DNA of 64,000 nt from a virus, in IMG/VR virus record IMGVR_UViG_3300027759_000071, positions 1-64,000 of that record; one strand, 5' to 3'. The translations under genes were made by a program, and so were the position numbers. Position 1 is the stretch's first letter. Every line of letters begins with the position of its first letter. Below the pieces are notes generated by a model, which was not told the DNA's origin, searched no databases, and saw nothing but the letters and a program-made list of their open reading frames with translations. This document shows, piece by piece, positions 59,699 through 64,000 of this stretch.

Positions 59699-62600
59699 AT
59701 GAATGTTTTAGGCAAAAATCCTAACGGGTTTAATCAGATTAGTCAAAGTGTATTAGCGGTAACGGTAAATGGTATTGACCAAGTAAATGTATCAACATCA
59801 TCGGTATCAGTTAATACATCGTTAAATGTAATAAACTCAATAACCGCATCTATATTTAGTGGTTCACAATTTAGTGGTTCGTTTAGTGGTTCGTTTACTG
59901 GAGATGCTAGTAAGTTATATAATGTAACTCAAATAGCTAGTGGTTCTATCTATGTAAAAGTAAATGAAAATAATGTACTAATAAGTGGTAGTACTCAAAT
60001 TACTGGTAGTGTAAGAGTAACTGGTAGTGTATATGTAGAAACTGGTTCTTATTTTGTTGGAGATGGTTCTCAATTAAGAAATATTAATGCTGATTCAATT
60101 GGCGATATAAATAGAATTAAGTCAGGTTCAGCAATTGCTGTAATATCTCCTGATAAAGGATTGGAGATAAATATAAAAACAACTATAACAGGTTCTTTAA
60201 TAGTTAGTGGAAGTGAAATAATTACTGGTAGTGTAAACATTTTAGGTAATGAAACTATCAATGGTAATGTAATTGTAAACGGAACGGAAAATATAAATGG
60301 TAACTTAAATGTTACTGGAGCTTTACAGGTAACAGCTGGTGAAAATATAACTGGTAGTTTGAATGTAAGTGGTAGTGAAAATTTAATTGGTAACTTAACA
60401 ATAACTGGTAACGAAAATATAAATGGAAATTTAGTTGTTACTGGTTCTCAAATAATAACACAAAATTTAACTGTAGCTGGTACTATTGTTTCAAATCAAA
60501 TTGTAACAAACATAGTATCATCATCAGTAGTATATTCATCTGGCTCAAACATATTTGGTAATTCTGTAACAAATATACAACAATTAACTGGTAGTGTAAA
60601 AATAACAGGTAGTTTAATTGTTAGTGGTAGTGTTTATGTGGATAGTATCCCATCATCATTATCAAACCAAGTATTAGTAGTTGATACATCAACTGGTCAA
60701 ATTGGTTCTAGATTTGCAGCAGCAACATCCGGTACATCTGGCACATCGGGAACATCTGGTACTTCAGGAGTAAGTGGTACATCTGGTAGTAGTGGTTCAT
60801 CGGGAACATCTGGAAGTAGTGGTTCATCTGGTAGTACTGGTACAGCTGGTACAACGGGTTCGGCTGGAACATCTGGAAGTAGTGGAACATCAGGAACATC
60901 TGGTACAAGCGGTTCATCCGGAACATCTGGCACATCGGGAACATCTGGTTCATCCGGAACATCTGGTACACGTGGTACATCAGGAACATCTGGAGTAAGT
61001 GGTAGTAGTGGTTCGTCTGGAAGTACTGGTTCTGCTGGTACATCTGGTTTGACTGGTACAAGTGGTTCATCTGGTACATCCGGAAGTAGTGGTTCATCTG
61101 GTAAAGATGGTTCATCTGGTACATCCGGAAGTAGTGGAAGTAGTGGAACAAGAGGTTCAGCTGGTTCATCGGGATTGACAGGAACAAGTGGTTCATCTGG
61201 TGTATCTGGTAGTAGTGGAACATCTGGTAAAGATGGAAGTAGTGGTAAAGATGGTTCATCTGGTACATCTGGTACATCTGGAAGTAGTGGAATAAGTGGT
61301 TCAGCCGGAACATCTGGCACAAGTGGAATAAGTGGGTCATCAGGAACATCTGGAACATCTGGTTCATCTGGAAGTAGTGGTTTAACTGGTGGTGGTGGTA
61401 CATCTGGAATAAGCGGTACAAGCGGTACAAGTGGCACAAGTGGCACAAGTGGAAGTAGTGGTTCGTCTGGTTCATCCGGCTCTACTGGTACGGCTGGTAC
61501 ATCTGGAAGTAGCGGTACATCTGGTACATCAGGAATAAGTGGTTCATCTGGAACAAGTGGGGTTAGTGGTTCATCAGGATTATCTGGAACTGCTGGTTCA
61601 TCTGGAAGTAGTGGTTCATCGGGAACAACTGGTTCAGCTGGTACATCAGGAACATCTGGGACAAGTGGGTCATCAGGAACAAGTGGATTATCTGGTGCTA
61701 CTGGTACATCAGGATTATCTGGAACTGCTGGTTCATCTGGTACAAGTGGTACATCGGGAATATCTGGCACAGCTGGAACATCTGGTAAAGATGGAGTAAT
61801 AGGTTCATCTGGTTCGGCTGGCACATCGGGAACATCTGGCACATCGGGAACATCTGGAAGTAGTGGTTCATCTGGTTCAGCTGGTACATCGGGAACATCT
61901 GGTTCATCGGGTTCATCTGGAGCACAAGGTTCATCTGGCTCAGCTGGTACATCGGGTACATCTGGAAGTAGTGGTTCAAGTGGTAGTAGTGGGACTAGTG
62001 GAACAAGCGGAAGTAGTGGTTCATCTGGAAGTAGTGGTTCATCTGGAGCACAAGGTTCATCTGGTTCAGCTGGAACATCGGGAACATCTGGCACAAGCGG
62101 TTCATCGGGAACGTCTGGTACAAGTGGCTCATCGGGAACATCTGGTATAAGCGGTTCATCAGGAACATCTGGCACAAGCGGTTCATCAGGAACATCTGGA
62201 GTAAGTGGAAGTAGTGGTTCATCGGGAACATCGGGAACATCGGGCACATCTGGAAGTAGTGGAACATCTGGTTCATCTGGTACGTCAGGAACAAGAGGTA
62301 CATCTGGAAGTAGTGGTAGTAGTGGTTCATCTGGTTCATCCGGAAGTAGTGGTGCTACGGGAGCCAGTGGTTCATCTGGAAGTAGTGGTAGTAGTGGCAC
62401 AAGCGGTACATCAGGAACATCTGGCACAAGCGGTACTTCAGGAACATCTGGAAGTAGTGGTTCATCCGGTTCATCTGGTTCATCGGGAACATCTGGCACA
62501 AGCGGTACATCTGGAAGTAGTGGTACATCAGGATCAAGAGGTACATCCGGTTCATCTGGATTGTTATCTTTAAGTGGTGGTACTGATAATGGTGTAATAA

Positions 62601-64000
62601 CACTAAATGGTACTGCACCAAATGCAACCGTTGAAAGTAATTTATTATTTGATGGTACTACATTGACGGTAACTGGAAATAATACTGTTTCTGGAAATAG
62701 TGTTATGGGTGGTTTAACGGCAATTGGTAATACAACAATATATAAAGCTGGTGTAAGCGCACCAACAACTGCGGATAATACAAATAATGCACATTTAGTA
62801 TTAGCTGGAACTAACGCATTAGTAAGATTACAATTAGGTACTCAAAACGTTTCACCATTCGCAGGATGGATTCAAGCATCATATGATAATACAGGTGGAG
62901 CAAATGGTGTAGAACCCATAACATTAAATCCTTTAGGTGGTAATATTAATATCAATGGTAGTACATATTATCTTAGTAATGCTACATCAAACTTAAACGC
63001 ATTAACATTAGCTGGTACTTTAAATGGTACAAACGCTGTGTTTTCATCAAATGTATCAGCAACAAATTTTTATGATGGTACTGGTACATTTAACGTAAAT
63101 TTAGGTAATGGCGGTTCTGAAGGTAGAGGTATTGTAGCTGGTTATAGTGGTGGTTCTTATGGAGGATTAGGATACAACGTTAGACATACAACAACAGGTG
63201 GTAGCTGGAGAGCACCATTAGCAGACACATCAACTTATTTATTATTTAATAGTGGATTTACTTTCTATAATGATGCAGGTACAACATTAAATAGATTTGC
63301 ATCATATACTCAAATAGGTAGATTGGATGGTAGTGGTAACTTTACTATTCCTGGTAACTCACAAGTAGGAACTTCATATGTAGGTAACGCAACAACTTAT
63401 TATGTTAATTCAGGTACATCCTATTTAAACAATTTAAGTTTAGCTGGAAACTTAGTAGCAGCTGGTGGTATGTATTCATCTGGTGTTTACAACTACGCAT
63501 TCTTACAAGTAACTGATACTAATAATTTCTGGATTACACCGGGAGCTAATAACTGGGGTTTATATTTTGAAACTACGGCTGGTGGATTATTGGGTGGTAG
63601 TGGTGATTCTAATAGATTAGGTTTTGTTGGTAGTGGTGTTGCTAGATTCTATGTAGATTTAAATAATGGAACTGGTTGGTTTGGAGGAAATTTAACAGCA
63701 GGTACGATTTATACTGGTGGTGGTTCTACATATTATATTAATGCAGGTACATCTTATTTAAACTCATTAACATTAGCTGGTAACTTAACTGCTAATACTG
63801 GAACTGTAATTGGAAATGTACTTTCATTTGGTAATAATAATTCACCTTTAGTTTATTGTGGCTTTAGTGGAGGTTATTTATATAATGGATTTGCATATTC
63901 ATCGGTTTGGTCTAATTTAAGACATGGTGATTTAATAACGTATGAAACATCGGCAAATAATTCATCTTGGACATCACAAACTATTACCGATACAATTAGA
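59699..64000 (+). CDS. 3'-truncated long fibre protein with GTS/GSS tract (absent from ORF track)
   Basis: ATG at 59699 (MNVLGKNPNGFNQ...); same frame at the spot-checked GTS tract (60725-62560) and at the window end (...SWTSQTITDTIR); shares the TDNG(V/I)xTLNG...NAxVExNLxFDG neck with the 4164-aa protein. Confidence 0.85.
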   Translation, partial: MNVLGKNPNGFNQISQSVLAVTVNGIDQVNVSTSSVSVNTSLNVINSITASIFSGSQFSGSFSGSFTGDASKLYNVTQIASGSIYVKVNENNVLISGSTQITGSVRVTGSVYVETGSYFVGDGSQLRNINADSIGDINRIKSGSAIAVISPDKGLEINIKTTITGSLIVSGSEIITGSVNILGNETINGNVIVNGTENINGNLNVTGALQVTAGENITGSLNVSGSENLIGNLTITGNENINGNLVVTGSQIITQNLTVAGTIVSNQIVTNIVSSSVVYSSGSNIFGNSVTNIQQLTGSVKITGSLIVSGSVYVDSIPSSLSNQVLVVDTSTGQIGSRFAAATSGTSGTSGTSGTSGVSGTSGSSGSSGTSGSSGSSGSTGTAGTTGSAGTSGSSGTSGTSGTSGSSGTSGTSGTSGSSGTSGTRGTSGTSGVSGSSGSSGSTGSAGTSGLTGTSGSSGTSGSSGSSGKDGSSGTSGSSGSSGTRGSAGSSGLTGTSGSSGVSGSSGTSGKDGSSGKDGSSGTSGTSGSSGISGSAGTSGTSGISGSSGTSGTSGSSGSSGLTGGGGTSGISGTSGTSGTSGTSGSSGSSGSSGSTGTAGTSGSSGTSGTSGISGSSGTSGVSGSSGLSGTAGSSGSSGSSGTTGSAGTSGTSGTSGSSGTSGLSGATGTSGLSGTAGSSGTSGTSGISGTAGTSGKDGVIGSSGSAGTSGTSGTSGTSGSSGSSGSAGTSGTSGSSGSSGAQGSSGSAGTSGTSGSSGSSGSSGTSGTSGSSGSSGSSGSSGAQGSSGSAGTSGTSGTSGSSGTSGTSGSSGTSGISGSSGTSGTSGSSGTSGVSGSSGSSGTSGTSGTSGSSGTSGSSGTSGTRGTSGSSGSSGSSGSSGSSGATGASGSSGSSGSSGTSGTSGTSGTSGTSGTSGSSGSSGSSGSSGTSGTSGTSGSSGTSGSRGTSGSSGLLSLSGGTDNGVITLNGTAPNATVESNLLFDGTTLTVTGNNTVSGNSVMGGLTAIGNTTIYKAGVSAPTTADNTNNAHLVLAGTNALVRLQLGTQNVSPFAGWIQASYDNTGGANGVEPITLNPLGGNININGSTYYLSNATSNLNALTLAGTLNGTNAVFSSNVSATNFYDGTGTFNVNLGNGGSEGRGIVAGYSGGSYGGLGYNVRHTTTGGSWRAPLADTSTYLLFNSGFTFYNDAGTTLNRFASYTQIGRLDGSGNFTIPGNSQVGTSYVGNATTYYVNSGTSYLNNLSLAGNLVAAGGMYSSGVYNYAFLQVTDTNNFWITPGANNWGLYFETTAGGLLGGSGDSNRLGFVGSGVARFYVDLNNGTGWFGGNLTAGTIYTGGGSTYYINAGTSYLNSLTLAGNLTANTGTVIGNVLSFGNNNSPLVYCGFSGGYLYNGFAYSSVWSNLRHGDLITYETSANNSSWTSQTITDTIR

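Noticed and set aside
53069-62499. Long minus-strand ORFs of PDVPDEP type (53069-54898, 55223-56131, 60697-62499; also 18225-18848, 20055-20816)
   Set aside because: Antisense shadows of GGN-ACN-TCN repeats, which lack stops in that frame; no independent start signals or promoter motif.
10030-62560. Possible CRISPR array or satellite in the repetitive tracts
   Set aside because: Repeats are degenerate 9-nt codon-period units inside ORFs, with no constant repeat and unique spacer structure.
18341-62573. Alternate-frame ORFs such as VHLEHLV... and MFQMNH...
   Set aside because: Frame-shifted readings of the same low-complexity tracts; no evidence of overprinting.
1-64000. Stop-codon reassignment, tRNA or rRNA genes
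   Set aside because: Standard-code ORFs tile the window, including 12-15 kb frames, and no cloverleaf or rRNA-like segment was seen in the short spacers.

Overview
AT-rich, densely coding, all-plus-strand morphogenesis region of a large T4-like (probably jumbo) tailed phage. Order: head module (internal head proteins, gp21-like prohead protease, acidic scaffold, gp23-like major capsid protein) > free-standing GIY-YIG homing endonuclease > ~19 kb of accessory virion and fibre genes (LRR protein, AlkB-like oxygenase, Gly-Thr/Ser-Ser repeat fibres, beta-helix, C1q-like and lectin-like proteins, mucin-like protein, Cys-rich/glycosyltransferase/radical-SAM fusion) > neck genes (gp13/14/15-like) > giant 5011-aa and 4164-aa proteins > fibre tip and chaperone genes > a >1430-aa fibre gene running off the window, which the ORF track omits. 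Main candidate novel system: the 5011-aa protein carries 22 phycobiliprotein-like domains, all keeping the Cys-x-Arg-Asp bilin-attachment motif. By my hand count these are matched by 22 displaced terminal helices in a nested, out-and-back architecture. Second candidate: a phage-encoded Ser/Thr O-glycosylation system acting on proline-poor collagen-like and mucin-like virion fibres. A recurring ATATTTATA motif precedes most transcription units. Sparse Shine-Dalgarno motifs hint at a Bacteroidota-type host (inference). All family assignments come from motif recognition, not database searches.
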